A stretch of 64,000 nt of DNA from a virus: positions 32,001 through 96,000 of the IMG/VR virus record IMGVR_UViG_3300047462_000185; one strand, written 5' to 3'. The notes beneath the pieces are model-generated. The model worked only from the letters and a program-made list of their open reading frames with translations. It did no database searches and had not been told where the DNA came from. The position numbers and the translations under genes are program-made. Of this stretch, positions 20,121 to 30,203 are shown piece after piece. Positions within the stretch are counted from its first letter, which is position 1; each line of letters opens with the position of its first letter.

Positions 20121-20226
20121 TTCGCTGTCCTTGCTGGATTGGCGATAAGCTACATGGTAGTGTGTTTTCTCGTCAAGCCCGGGGGACGTGATCAAGATGC
20201 GACGCCGTCCAAACCCACTCAGCCAT

Positions 20227-20517
20227 GTGCCAGTCACGCGAGCACAGGCGATAGCGGCTCACACGGCGGGCCAGCATGCCTATGCTGCTGGCACCGAACA
20301 CGGTGCGTGCGACATCGCGAGTGTAGAGCTTAGGTGGCAATGGCAGGCCGGCTGGCGCGCCGCCGATGCAGCGTTCTGGCGCCGGCTACGCGATTGTGCT
20401 GAGCGCGGCCCGCTTCCAGGTGTTGGTCGCGGTGCGGACCTAGACATAGCTCGCGTCCCACGATCCGCCGTCGAGCCGACACACCGGATGGAGCTTCCAC
20501 CAAACTCACTTGGCTAG
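20227..20517 (+). CDS. Small protein with Rmf-like WxxGW motif
   Basis: GQHAYAAG..C..WQAGWRAA. Confidence 0.4.
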   Translation: MPVTRAQAIAAHTAGQHAYAAGTEHGACDIASVELRWQWQAGWRAADAAFWRRLRDCAERGPLPGVGRGADLDIARVPRSAVEPTHRMELPPNSLG

Positions 20518-20554
20518 AATGCGAAAAAGCCCCCCGAACAAACGGGCGGCTTTG

Positions 20555-21154
20555 TCACGCTGCGGCCGGTTCGGACTCCGCCGACACCAGGGCCGGCGGA
20601 TCGAATCTCCGCTTGCCGCGGGCCTCCGAGTGCCGGATCACCTTGCGCCGGATTTCATCGGTCAGGGCGACATATTCGTGGTGCATGCGGCCGCCGGCCA
20701 GCAGGAACGCCTCGTCGGTATAGTCCGGCTTGGGCAGGGACGAGACCCAGCCGGGTCCGCGTTCCTTGCCCCAGCGGGACACCGCAGCGGCAGTGCTGGC
20801 CCAGAGGTAGGTTTGCGCCAAGGTGTGCCCCATCGGGGACTCCATGGAGCGGCTGTGCATCACGATCATGATCTCGGTCGGGCCAACCCTGTGGCCGGGC
20901 ATTTGCCCGAACAGGATCTTGAGCCGCTCTTCGTAGATCATGGCCTTCCACTCGTTGATGAATTCGATATCGGTCCATTTGCCGAGATTGTGGAACACGA
21001 CCGGACCGAACGTGTAGCGCCGCTGATCGGCGGTGAGGATCGGCAGATCGGGACATAGGTCGTAGCTGAATTCCAGAACGCGCGGCGGCGAGCCCATGCG
21101 GGCCAGCAGCAGCAGCATCTTCTGGTTCTGGTTAGTTCCGGGTATCTCTGTCAT
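20555..21154 (-). CDS. Hypothetical protein (paralogue of 21873-22670)
   Basis: VGPTEIMIVMH..YLWAS..EIRRKVI. Confidence 0.65.
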   Translation of the reverse strand: MTEIPGTNQNQKMLLLLARMGSPPRVLEFSYDLCPDLPILTADQRRYTFGPVVFHNLGKWTDIEFINEWKAMIYEERLKILFGQMPGHRVGPTEIMIVMHSRSMESPMGHTLAQTYLWASTAAAVSRWGKERGPGWVSSLPKPDYTDEAFLLAGGRMHHEYVALTDEIRRKVIRHSEARGKRRFDPPALVSAESEPAAA

Positions 21155-21223
21155 CGGACAGGTCTCCTCAGTCCTGGCTCCATTGCCAGGGGACCGCCTA
21201 GTCGGCGGCTTCGACGTCCGATG
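21152..21223 (-). ncRNA. Hammerhead-like element H8 (type II; CUGAGGA; GUC triplet; 11 bp stem II covering the AUG)
   Basis: CAUCGGAC-GUC-GAAG-CCGCC/GGCGG-UC-C-CCUGGC/GCCAGG-A-CUGAGGA-GAC-CU-GUCCGAUG. Confidence 0.8.
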
Positions 21224-21488
21224 TGATGCGGCGCTCATCCACGGCGAGCGCGATTGCTTCCCACTCCTTGCGGAGCTGGTCGAGCTTTTCGCAGCGCCGA
21301 CGATGCTGGGCCACAGCAACTTGCATCGCGCCGGGATCCTGCACGTAATAGTCGCGGCCGTTCGGATGAACCTCCTGAAGCAATTTCTGAAGCCGATCGA
21401 TTGCGTCGAGCACTTTTATGATTGGCTCGACCAGGCCGTCGCGTGACGTGCCGTTCATGTGCAGGGTGGGGATGGCGAGCTTTGCCAT
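21198..21488 (-). CDS. Hypothetical phage protein
   Basis: PTLHMNGTS..PNGRDYY motif. Confidence 0.7.
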   Translation of the reverse strand: MAKLAIPTLHMNGTSRDGLVEPIIKVLDAIDRLQKLLQEVHPNGRDYYVQDPGAMQVAVAQHRRRCEKLDQLRKEWEAIALAVDERRITSDVEAAD

Positions 21489-21492
21489 TGCG

Positions 21493-21557
21493 GGTCTCCT
21501 CAGTCCTGGCCCAATTGCCAGGGGACCGCCGATCAAACGAGATCGGCGGGGTCGACC
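21493..21557 (-). ncRNA. Hammerhead-like element H9 (type II; GAAA changed to GACC)
   Basis: GGUC-GACC-CCGCCGAUC/GAUCGGCGG-UC-C-CCUGGC/GCCAGG-A-CUGAGGA-GACC. Confidence 0.65.
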
Positions 21558-21820
21558 TTCTGTTTCCAGGGCGCCAGCTGATAGAACAGCGGCTCCAAGC
21601 GTCGCGTTGGCTCGACAAACACGTAGGTCATGTCGAGCTTACGCTTGTCTTCGTCGATCGTGGTGCCCAGGAAATGCACCTTCCAGCGATGCGCCAGATC
21701 CTGGCCCATCGTGCTATAGCCGAACGGGTTGTCTTCGTCGGCCGTCGGTGCGTCCTTGTTGGCGCGAACCCGTTCCAGGGTGGCGCGCAGCTTCTTCGGG
21801 TATTGCTTCTTCTTTGCCAT
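21533..21820 (-). CDS. Hypothetical protein
   Basis: GGAG RBS; stop in H9 loop III. Confidence 0.6.
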   Translation of the reverse strand: MAKKKQYPKKLRATLERVRANKDAPTADEDNPFGYSTMGQDLAHRWKVHFLGTTIDEDKRKLDMTYVFVEPTRRLEPLFYQLAPWKQKVDPADLV

Positions 21821-21829
21821 AGTATCTCC

Positions 21830-21903
21830 AATGGCTTCATCGGGCCGCGGGATGCGGCGAGCCTGACCGCCCCTATGCGGGGACGGCCTGCTCTTCTGCC
21901 ATT
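21830..21903 (-). ncRNA. Hammerhead-like element H10 (type II; core CCGAUGA)
   Basis: AAUGGC-AGAAG-AGC..GCU-C-GCCGC/GCGGC-CCGAUGA-A-GCCAUU. Confidence 0.6.
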
Positions 21904-22670
21904 TGGTTCCTCACGAATTCCTGGTAGCTCATGATCGAGCGTTCGATCGTAGCGGCGAGCTGTTCCAGGTGGGCGGCCTCTTCGGCATTGTCACCTGGTG
22001 TCAGCTTCTTCTGCATGATCTGGATCGCTTCAAGCAGATTGAGTCCAGTGACCGCGGCGATTGCCTTGGCCGTCTTCGTGGGGTGAAGTGCTGCGACGGT
22101 TGTGCGCCGCAGGTTCTGTGCGATTTCCACGTAGGTGTTGTAGTATTGCCCACGCGGTTTAAGCACGGCATCGTCGGGGATCAGATCGCATTTCAGCTTG
22201 GTTGCGGCGTCGGCCAGGGTGAGGCCCTCAAGCTCGGCGCAAACGCGCACCGAGGCCCAGTCGAAAACCTTGCGATATCCTTCCGGCACTTCGTCCGTGA
22301 TGCAATTGTTCATGGCTACCACGATCTCGGCCGGCCCGACCATGACCCCTTTGGTCGCACCGAAGACGACCTCGGCGCGTTGCGACATGGCAAGCGACTC
22401 GATCTCAGGGGTGCGGTCATGGGTTGGCATGTCGGGGTGGCTACGCCACTGCATCAGGGGCGCGGCCAGGTAGGCGCTCTGGTTCGGGGGCAGCGGATCA
22501 TAGAGACCGAGCGTTGCTGCGAGCTCATCGAGCGCTGCTACCAGGTTCCCTGGCATTCCGAACCGTGCCGCTTCGAGCAGCACGAGCCGGGTGAATTCGC
22601 CGGGGTTTGCGATGATCTTGCGTCCCAACGCGGATGCCGTCATGACTTGTGCAACAGATGATGACATCAT
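21873..22670 (-). CDS. Hypothetical protein (paralogue of 20555-21154)
   Basis: VGPAEIVVAMN..FDWAS..NLRRTTV. Confidence 0.65.
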   Translation of the reverse strand: MMSSSVAQVMTASALGRKIIANPGEFTRLVLLEAARFGMPGNLVAALDELAATLGLYDPLPPNQSAYLAAPLMQWRSHPDMPTHDRTPEIESLAMSQRAEVVFGATKGVMVGPAEIVVAMNNCITDEVPEGYRKVFDWASVRVCAELEGLTLADAATKLKCDLIPDDAVLKPRGQYYNTYVEIAQNLRRTTVAALHPTKTAKAIAAVTGLNLLEAIQIMQKKLTPGDNAEEAAHLEQLAATIERSIMSYQEFVRNQMAEEQAVPA

Positions 22671-22673
22671 GTT

Positions 22674-22718
22674 CTCCTGGTCGGCACGCGGGATTGCGTG
22701 CCGGGCAACAGCTTTTCA
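22674..22718 (-). ncRNA. Decayed hammerhead-like element H11 (type II)
   Basis: GAAA..CGGCACGC/GCGUGCCG-A-CCAGGAG; core one nt short, stem III eroded. Confidence 0.45.
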
Positions 22719-22739
22719 ATGGCTATGCCACTCAGGCGA

Positions 22740-23813
22740 TCATCTCGGATCGCCTGGTTCGCTGTTGAGGATTTCCCATCCCTTCCCTTCCTGACCTGGG
22801 TGGACCGGTGCATACCGATGAACCTCCGGCTTGCCGATCGCCAGTCCTTGTTCGCGCTCGATATGCTCTACAAATCGCATGAAAAGCGCTCTTCTGAACT
22901 CGGGATTGGTTTGCAGCAGTCGTCGGAATTCGCCGTAGACCTCGTTGTTGCTACGGGCATTTATCAGGACACGGGTGGGGACAGGATCATAGTGCAGATC
23001 GAATCTGAGCTCGAATTTCACGAGTGGCAGTTCGATTGTGTCAGTCTCTTTCAGCCGTTTCAGATCAACGGTTGAAAGAGCCATGTCGAACAGACCCTCA
23101 AAGGTGAGGGCCTCGTCGTGGTCGGCGAGCGGCTTGATGATGATTTCATCGCCACCCTCGTCGCAGAGCAGGGTCGGTTTTTCGAACCTGACTGCCATAT
23201 TGATCAGATCGATTTCGTCTTCGGTCTGCATCACGTCCAGTAGTTGCGCCATCGAAAGTTCGAGGCGTTTCATGCCGGATTTGTAAACTGAGAATTGCAT
23301 TGGGTTCGCCTATGCTGGTGGAACAAGTGCGGGATAGCGTGACCGAGCCACGTCTGTGACGTCGATCTGCGCCACGCTTCCGAACGATCCTCTGGTTGTC
23401 ATGTCGTGGACCGCATCGCGGAGCGATTCGACCAGTTGGTGGACATCGACCGTGACGCGCTCATGCGCTTCGCGGCTGCCGCCCTGCCAGGCATCGATCA
23501 CTTCGCAAGCCTCCTCGCCGGACGTAACGCCGTCGATGAGAAGGTCTGTCGTTGCGGTCAACGTGACATCCACGCGCGCCGTGTATTGTTCTGGTCGCGG
23601 CGTGAACAGAGGCAGGTCGTCATCGTCCGCCCGATAGAGCGAGACGGTGGCGACGAGATTTCCAAGCATTCTCACTTGCACGTCCTTCTCGAACGAGAGC
23701 GCGACAAGCGTCTCGACCGGATCGGTGTGCGGGTGCAGCCGAGAGACAAAATCATCGAGGCCGAGGACACTGGTTGTGCCGTCGGCATGATGAATTCGGA
23801 ATGACGGTGGCAT
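22740..23813 (-). CDS. Two hypothetical proteins (22740-23300, 23310-23813)
   Basis: Clean acidic ORFs; the second has an AAGGAG RBS. Confidence 0.55.
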
Positions 23814-24209
23814 TCCTGTCTCCTTCGATTGTTTGGGGGTGTGACGAGTCCGAAACGGCAATCGTCACGGAATAGATATGGTGCGCAGATCGGCCAAAAT
23901 CAACGAGTTGGGGCCTGGCGACTCATTTGCATGTGTTTTTTTGTTCGGGCTTGCACGGGCGCCGGGTGCGGGATTAGGTTCTCGGCTTCGGTCCAAATGA
24001 AAACCCCCCGGCCTGGCGGGCCGAGGGGTCTGAAGGGATCGATCAATTCGCTTGGCTGTTACCGCAGCCTTGCGGCGATGCTGGGGGCGTCGGCCCCGGC
24101 CCGGACTGATCCCGAGTCGCTTAGGCTTGGGATATATGGGCTTTTCAGCCTCGTCGCAAGGCCTTCCGCAACGCGAAAGCACACATTGCTGTGTTTTCAT
24201 GGAGGGTCG

Positions 24210-25277
24210 ATGCATTCGTCGTTCAACGCCCCGGCCTGCTCTTGGGCATTTTCAATCACAGCGCCCTCGGCGCACGCAAAGCTGCTGTTGGTAGCGGTGG
24301 CTGCGCATGCGGATCAGGACGGGCTGTCGAAGGTCTCGATCACGCGGTTGGCCGAGATGACGGATATGAGCTTGCGGGGCGTTCACAACGTCCTGGCCCA
24401 ACTTGAGCGGGCACGCCTGATCGCCGGCGAGCGAGTGCCGGGCATCGTGACGGCCTACAGAATCAAATGGCGTGGCACCGCCAAGGAAATGGAGACCCCT
24501 GCACCGGATGCAGGGGTGGTTGTCGGAACTCCTGCACCGGATGCAGGGGTGGTTGTCGGAACCCCTGCACCGGATGCAGGGGTGGTTGTCGGAACCCCTG
24601 CACCGGATGCAGGGGTTCGCGCGCGCGTAGATTCTGAATCTCAGAGAGAGAAAGAAAGAAAGGAAGTAAGCAAGTCCTCAGATTCTTCTCCGCTTCGCTA
24701 CGAAGAATCTGAGACCCCCCTGCCCCCCACAGAAATTCCGACAGCGGCACAACTCGCCAAGGCTGAGATTGGCGGCAGGATGCGGGACATTTGGAACGCG
24801 GTGGTCAAGCCGTTCCCGCATTTTGCCCAGTCGAAGTGGCTCACCCCGAAGCTGCTCAATCTCGCGGTCGAGCGGTTCCAGCACGAGTTCAACCGCAGCT
24901 TCGAGCAGTGGGAAGCCTATTGCCGCAGGTTGACCAGGAACGCGTGGCTCCGCGGCGAACGTCCGGACGACAGGTCGTGGCGCCCCAGCATCGAGTGGGC
25001 CATCCAGGCCGACACGGTGCTGAAGGAGGCCGAGGGCCGCTACCCGCCCGACCCGGAGCCGAAGCCCCAGGTCGTGCAGCCGATGCACGACGTCGATCCC
25101 ACCCAGGACCCGATCTGGGGCAAGCCGAACAGGATCAAGCTCGAGATCGCGCTGGCGATGCAGCGCCCCGTGATCGACGACGCCAAGCTCCAGGAGCTGT
25201 CGCGCGACTACAAGGCGGCGCTGGTCGAGGCCAGAGCCGCCCAGGCCGCGCTGAGCGGGGCGGTGGCCCATGTCTGA
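24210..25277 (+). CDS. Replication initiator-like protein (N-terminal wHTH, internal iterons)
   Basis: AKLLLVAVAAHAD..SITRLAEMTDMSLRGV..LERARLI; GGAGG RBS; directly upstream of primase-helicase. Confidence 0.75.
   Translation: MHSSFNAPACSWAFSITAPSAHAKLLLVAVAAHADQDGLSKVSITRLAEMTDMSLRGVHNVLAQLERARLIAGERVPGIVTAYRIKWRGTAKEMETPAPDAGVVVGTPAPDAGVVVGTPAPDAGVVVGTPAPDAGVRARVDSESQREKERKEVSKSSDSSPLRYEESETPLPPTEIPTAAQLAKAEIGGRMRDIWNAVVKPFPHFAQSKWLTPKLLNLAVERFQHEFNRSFEQWEAYCRRLTRNAWLRGERPDDRSWRPSIEWAIQADTVLKEAEGRYPPDPEPKPQVVQPMHDVDPTQDPIWGKPNRIKLEIALAMQRPVIDDAKLQELSRDYKAALVEARAAQAALSGAVAHV
24495..24616. repeat. Four 33 bp iteron-like repeats (probable origin)
   Basis: ACCCCTGCACCGGATGCAGGGGTGGTTGTCGGA x3.7, each with an internal inverted repeat, followed by an A-rich tract. 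Confidence 0.75.
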
Positions 25278-27177
25278 CGCTCGGCCCGACGAGACCCTGG
25301 AAGATGCGCTGGGGCGGCACGGCATCCAGCTGCCCGGCGCGCCCAAGGCTGGGCACACCTACGGCGGCCCACGCGACCGGCGCCAGGTCATGTGCCCGCA
25401 TTGCAATGGCGGGAGGTCCCGCGAGGCCAACTTCTTCGTCACGATCGACGCGGACGGCCAGGGTGCGGTGTGGGTGTGCCATAGCGCCAAGCGCTGCGGG
25501 TGGACCGGGTCGGTGCGCCTGCAAAATGCACCCCATATCAAGCGCGCCAAGGCGCCTCGCCCGATCCGCCGGCCAGAGCCGGAGCGTGACCCGCAGCTGC
25601 CCGAGCAGACCATTGCCTACTTCGCGGCGTTCGGGGTGCCGCTCGAGACGCTTGAAGAGTTCGGCGTGTTCCGCACCGTGCGGCGCTTTCCGGTCATGGA
25701 CGCAGAGGGGCGCTTCACCGACGAGAAGCTGCCTCGCCCCTGTATCGCCTATCCGTATTACCGCGGCGGCGAGTTGGTGAACTGCAAATACAAGACGGTT
25801 TACCCCAGCGGGAAAAAGGCCTTCGCGCAGGAGTGGGGCGCCGAACGGACGATGTTCAACATCGATGCGTTCGAGTCGGATGACATCGGTTACATCGTCG
25901 AGGGCGAGGACGACGTCCTGGCGATGCGACAGTGCTACCGCCAGGTCACCACGCTGCCCGACGGCAGTCCTTCGGCCAAGAAGCACGAGGAACCGGAGCA
26001 GCCCTACGACCCTGACCAGGACGACGATGATCGCTACGAGGCGCTGCGCAACGAGCCGAAGATCTTGAACCTAAAGAAGGTCGTGCTGTGCGGCGACGCC
26101 GATGAGGCCGGGGCGCGGCACATGGAGCAGATCGCGCGGCGCATCGGCAAGGAGAAATGCTGGATCGTGCGCTGGCCCACCAACTGCAAGGACGCCAAGG
26201 ACACGTTGAGGCTATATGGGCCAGAGGCATTGTTCGCCACGGTCGAGGCTGCGGTGCCCTACCCGATCGACGGGTTGGCCGATGTCGATGACGAGGAGAT
26301 CGCCAGCTATAGAGCCGGCCTCGACGAGAAGCGCATCACGTGCGGCATTTCGCAGATCGACCGCTACCTATCGCTCGCCGATTCGGGTCGCAACTTCATC
26401 GCCTGCACCGGGATACCGGGTCACGGCAAGACCGCGTTCTGGGTCGCGTTATCCGTGCTCTATGCTGAGACCAACACCGACTTCCACACCGTCATGTTCT
26501 CGGGCGAGATGGAGGTGAAGGAGATCGTCGCGGCGATCGCCTCGGCGCATACCCAGAAGCCATTCTTCGATGGGCCGGCCGGCGAGGGCATCAGCACCGA
26601 CGAGCTGGTCGATCATGTGCTGCCCTGGATGCGGCAGCACTACACCTTCATCGAGCCGGAGGACAGCAGGGGCGACAGCCCTCCGGTCGACTGGGTCGTC
26701 GAGAAGGGCCGCATCGCGATCCGGCGCACCAAGGCTAAGCTGTTCATCGTCGATCCGTGGCAGGAGATGGACATGTGCTACCCGGAACGGTGCAGCAAAT
26801 CCATGTCGGCCTGGATCGGCGATCAGCTGCGCAAGTTCCGCTACTTGGGCCGGACCGAGCGGTGCAACGTGGTCTGTGTGGCGCACCCGTCGAAGTTGAG
26901 GCGCGACAAGGACGGCAAGCTGCCGATCCCTGAGGGCTACGATATCATGGACAGCCAGCAGTGGTTCTCGGTGAGCCGCACCGGCATGACGATTTACAGG
27001 CCGGGCGATGACAGCAGCCCCGAAATGAAGGTGCGGGTCTGGAAGGCGCGCTACAGCCAGTTCGCGATGAGGGGCGACACCTCGGTGCGGTTCAACAAGA
27101 CGACGAAGCGGCTCTACCCCCCTCTGACCCAGGCCGACATCGATTCGGGGCGCGCCTGGGGCAGCGACGCGGCTTAG
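25270..27177 (+). CDS. Primase-helicase (T7 gp4/Twinkle-like)
   Basis: CPHC Zn finger, TOPRIM IVEGEDD and DAD, SF4 helicase GIPGHGKT, IVDP, VAHP. Confidence 0.9.
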   Translation: MSDARPDETLEDALGRHGIQLPGAPKAGHTYGGPRDRRQVMCPHCNGGRSREANFFVTIDADGQGAVWVCHSAKRCGWTGSVRLQNAPHIKRAKAPRPIRRPEPERDPQLPEQTIAYFAAFGVPLETLEEFGVFRTVRRFPVMDAEGRFTDEKLPRPCIAYPYYRGGELVNCKYKTVYPSGKKAFAQEWGAERTMFNIDAFESDDIGYIVEGEDDVLAMRQCYRQVTTLPDGSPSAKKHEEPEQPYDPDQDDDDRYEALRNEPKILNLKKVVLCGDADEAGARHMEQIARRIGKEKCWIVRWPTNCKDAKDTLRLYGPEALFATVEAAVPYPIDGLADVDDEEIASYRAGLDEKRITCGISQIDRYLSLADSGRNFIACTGIPGHGKTAFWVALSVLYAETNTDFHTVMFSGEMEVKEIVAAIASAHTQKPFFDGPAGEGISTDELVDHVLPWMRQHYTFIEPEDSRGDSPPVDWVVEKGRIAIRRTKAKLFIVDPWQEMDMCYPERCSKSMSAWIGDQLRKFRYLGRTERCNVVCVAHPSKLRRDKDGKLPIPEGYDIMDSQQWFSVSRTGMTIYRPGDDSSPEMKVRVWKARYSQFAMRGDTSVRFNKTTKRLYPPLTQADIDSGRAWGSDAA

Positions 27178-27237
27178 CGGGCTTGCGAAACACATAACCG
27201 TGTGGTTTGTTGCGAGTCCCTTCATCCAGGAGCGATC

Positions 27238-27603
27238 ATGAGCGAGACCCAGACGCCACAGCCGGTCGACCCATCAGCGGCGGCGCCGGCGACGTTGTCC
27301 AACGATGACCTCGCTTCGGCCCTCCACGCGGCGCTGAGTCTGCCGGAAGGCCATCCCGCTGAAGGGCTTCTAATGGAGGTCGTGGCCCGGCTGCGTGCCT
27401 CGGGTGAGCTGGATACCGAAGACAAGGCCGTCGCCGTTAATCAAACCTCAGTCGGCACGGCTTACGGCGCCACCTTTCTGGATGGCATCGAACATGCCGC
27501 GAAGTTCGTCGAGGCCGGCGCGCTGGGCTGGCTTACCGGTCGCGCCCAGCAGGTCGCAGCGCTGATCCGGGACAGCGGAAAGGCCGCGGCTTCCAAACAG
27601 TGA
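27238..27603 (+). CDS. Hypothetical protein
   Basis: AGGAG RBS, clean ORF. Confidence 0.55.
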   Translation: MSETQTPQPVDPSAAAPATLSNDDLASALHAALSLPEGHPAEGLLMEVVARLRASGELDTEDKAVAVNQTSVGTAYGATFLDGIEHAAKFVEAGALGWLTGRAQQVAALIRDSGKAAASKQ

Positions 27604-28352
27604 AGCCAAAGCCCTTCCCGATCGCGCAGCGCCTGCTACCCCTGTTCCAGAAGGGGATGAAGTCGCAATGGCGCGTGCCGATCTCAACCCACGTCGCGGA
27701 GTTCACCACGGCGTCGCGCGAGTTCTGGCAGCATGGCGATTTCGGGCTGGCGCGGCCTGATCCCGGTGATGCGGACCGGATGGGCGAACATTTGCGCGTG
27801 CCGTGCAAGCACGAGCACGGCCGCTGCAAGGTCTGCGACGAGAAAGGCTGGCCCGAGACGACGCACCGGCTCTACCCACGCATGATGGTCGGCCAGATTC
27901 TTTGGATTCAGGAGGCCTGGGGTTACTGGAAAGGCGCACCGCTGGCGCCCGGCAAATTCGTCGCCAACCCCAAGACCGGCGAGGCTGCGGTCTGGTCTGT
28001 CGACCATAACGGGATTCGCAGCCAGGCCGTGCCGAAATGGCGTCCCGGCCCGCAGATGCCGCGCTGGGCCAGCCGCTACACCATGAAGGTGGTCAGCGTT
28101 CGCATCGAGCGCTTGCACCACATCACTGAGCAGGATGCGAGAGCGGAGGGGATGATCCCCTACCAGGGCGGCTGGGTCTGCGGCTTGCCTTGGGATGGTA
28201 TGCCGCTCGGCAGCGCGGTCGAGGCGTTCCGCTGGCAATGGGACTCTTCCAAATCTCCAGGTTTCCGATCGGACCCCTGGGTCGTCAGGATCGAGTGCGA
28301 CGTTTATCCGGGCAACATCGACAGGATCAAAATACCGGGCCACACCCCATGA
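27600..28352 (+). CDS. Conserved phage protein (ASCH/PUA-like)
   Basis: LWIQEAW..WRP..MPRWASR..VRIERLHHITEQDARAEG..PWV. Confidence 0.7.
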   Translation: MKPKPFPIAQRLLPLFQKGMKSQWRVPISTHVAEFTTASREFWQHGDFGLARPDPGDADRMGEHLRVPCKHEHGRCKVCDEKGWPETTHRLYPRMMVGQILWIQEAWGYWKGAPLAPGKFVANPKTGEAAVWSVDHNGIRSQAVPKWRPGPQMPRWASRYTMKVVSVRIERLHHITEQDARAEGMIPYQGGWVCGLPWDGMPLGSAVEAFRWQWDSSKSPGFRSDPWVVRIECDVYPGNIDRIKIPGHTP

Positions 28353-28550
28353 GCGCATCGTTGGGGCGCATGATGACGGGCGGCAGCAACCCGGCCTCGC
28401 AGAAGGCCCGCAAAGAGTGTGACTTCTTCCCGACCCCGCTGGACGTGACACTTGCGCTGCTGCGCGCCGATCTAGGCCCGAAGTTTTTCAGCACCCTGAT
28501 CTGGGAACCGTTCGCTGGCGACGGTGCGATCGCCAGCGTGTTGCGTGCGA
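28349..28550 (+). pseudogene. N-terminal fragment of a SAM-dependent DNA methyltransferase
   Basis: DFFPTP..IWEPFAGDGAI, then the frame runs into unrelated sequence with no NPPF/Y motif. Confidence 0.65.
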
Positions 28551-29081
28551 GTTGCCATCTGGTGCGCTGCTCTGGCGTCCTGATTTCCTCAGCCTCGGTC
28601 GTCCCACAATGGAGGCGCAATGGTGCGTCTGGGACTGCGACTATTCCGGCCCGACCCGATACGAACCGCTGCGGCGTCCGAGCCGCGCCATAGGAGAGTG
28701 AGATGGACGAAGACGCTGAATTCTTCGATCGCTTGGGCACTTCGACCGGCCCGAAAATGCATGGGGCGCGGGTCAGCGGCATCGAGTGTGCCCAGCCAAG
28801 CGGACAGCCACCCTCCACCATGCAGTTGAGCGGCCATGATGGCATCCAGCGCTGGGCCAGATCAGGAGACCTGTTCTGGCGGGCCTCGGAAAGTTGCGAA
28901 AGTCTGATGCCGGCGTTCTATCGCTTCGACGCTCTGCCCAACATCGGCCTGGTGGTGAAGCGCACCGCCACGGTATTATGTAGCAACGGGCACCAACTTG
29001 CCGATGCGCGAAGGGCGGCCGATCTGCGAAAATCCGGAGGGAACGTGACGTAGGAGGCGCGCCATGTGGGCGCAGTCCATC

Positions 29082-29837
29082 TTAATCGCCGTATTCGTAG
29101 TTGGGATCATCCACGACCTCGAAGCGGCGCGTCTGCCTGTTATAGCGGCGGCAGAATGCCATATACCTCCGCACGCCAATCCCATCAGCGTATTGAATGT
29201 AACCGATGAAATAGACGAATGCTTGCCCAGCGGCGTGGGCATCGTCCTGCCACTCGCGCAGGCTTTCGGAGTCGAATTGGGCCAATGGAACTCCAGTCCC
29301 CGGTTCGACCGTGAGGCTGCCCATAGACGTCTTTTCGTCGCTGTATTCTGGAATCGGTTCAAGGATTTTGGGGCCAGAGAGTTTGACGGTTGCATTGCTC
29401 TCGGTGATCGTTCCTGGAGTTCCGCCTATGTTGGCGACGATCCATTCTATTTTGAGCGGCCGTCCTGGGCGGGGTTCTTCCAAGCTGATGCGTTTGACAA
29501 CGAGCTTTGGTCGAAAGGTTGCGACAAGGGCCTTCTCGGCCGTGTCGGCCGATTTGAGAGCGGCATTAGCCGCACTGGCGGCGTCTTTCGCGCCAGCCTG
29601 GATCAAACTCAACTGCCAGACGAACAGCGCAGCCTGCCCGATCGCAACGAGGACGAGCGCCAGTGTCAGGGTGGTGATCGGCTCATACGTCGAAGGAGCC
29701 CAGAGGGATTCCCCTATCTTCTTGTCGCGATCTACCTCATTGGGATTTCCGGCGTGTTCACCGTTCGTTGGATAATGAACGGTTCGGACGGCAAAAACAG
29801 CCATGACCAAGATACAGACAACGAGGAGCGCGACTAG
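29082..29837 (-). CDS. Membrane-anchored hypothetical protein (likely IS passenger)
   Basis: Two TM segments, lower GC, next to an IS1595 transposase; start uncertain. Confidence 0.55.
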   Translation of the reverse strand, partial: LVALLVVCILVMAVFAVRTVHYPTNGEHAGNPNEVDRDKKIGESLWAPSTYEPITTLTLALVLVAIGQAALFVWQLSLIQAGAKDAASAANAALKSADTAEKALVATFRPKLVVKRISLEEPRPGRPLKIEWIVANIGGTPGTITESNATVKLSGPKILEPIPEYSDEKTSMGSLTVEPGTGVPLAQFDSESLREWQDDAHAAGQAFVYFIGYIQYADGIGVRRYMAFCRRYNRQTRRFEVVDDPNYEYGD

Positions 29838-29859
29838 CGCGGTCTGCGTCCGTTCGATC

Positions 29860-30099
29860 TTAGAGGTCTTCAAGCCTAACCCCGTCCATCCCCAACGCAG
29901 CAAGCGTAGCCAGCAAGAAAGTCGCGGTCAGCGTGCCACGACTTAGCTTGTTGGTGATCGACGCTTCTGTCTCCTTCAAGCCGTGCTGATCCAGCCGGCG
30001 CGCCAGTTCGGCGTAGGTGACGCCCGCCCGCTTCAACTCGGCCTTCAAGAACCGGGTGGCCTTATCAGCCAGCTCCTTCTCGGTCGCGGCCAGTCCCAT
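29860..30099 (-). CDS. Small HTH protein (DUF6471-like) divergent from the transposase
   Basis: LKAELKRAGVTYAELA..ETEASITNKLSRG. Confidence 0.75.
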   Translation of the reverse strand: MGLAATEKELADKATRFLKAELKRAGVTYAELARRLDQHGLKETEASITNKLSRGTLTATFLLATLAALGMDGVRLEDL

Positions 30100-30203
30100 A
30101 GCTACCTCTCAAAATCAGCGGCAGCCCATCATATCCGATATTTTCCTGTAGACAAAGGCTGCTTGTCCTCTCACTATCGGTCGGTACCAACCGATAGTGA
30201 TAG

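Noticed and set aside
23838-23870. Plus-strand minimal hammerhead (GUGACGA-GUCC-GAAA..GUC)
   Set aside because: Stems are only 1-3 bp, 3 and 8 are not complementary, and a simple GTGACGA/TCGTCAC hairpin explains it
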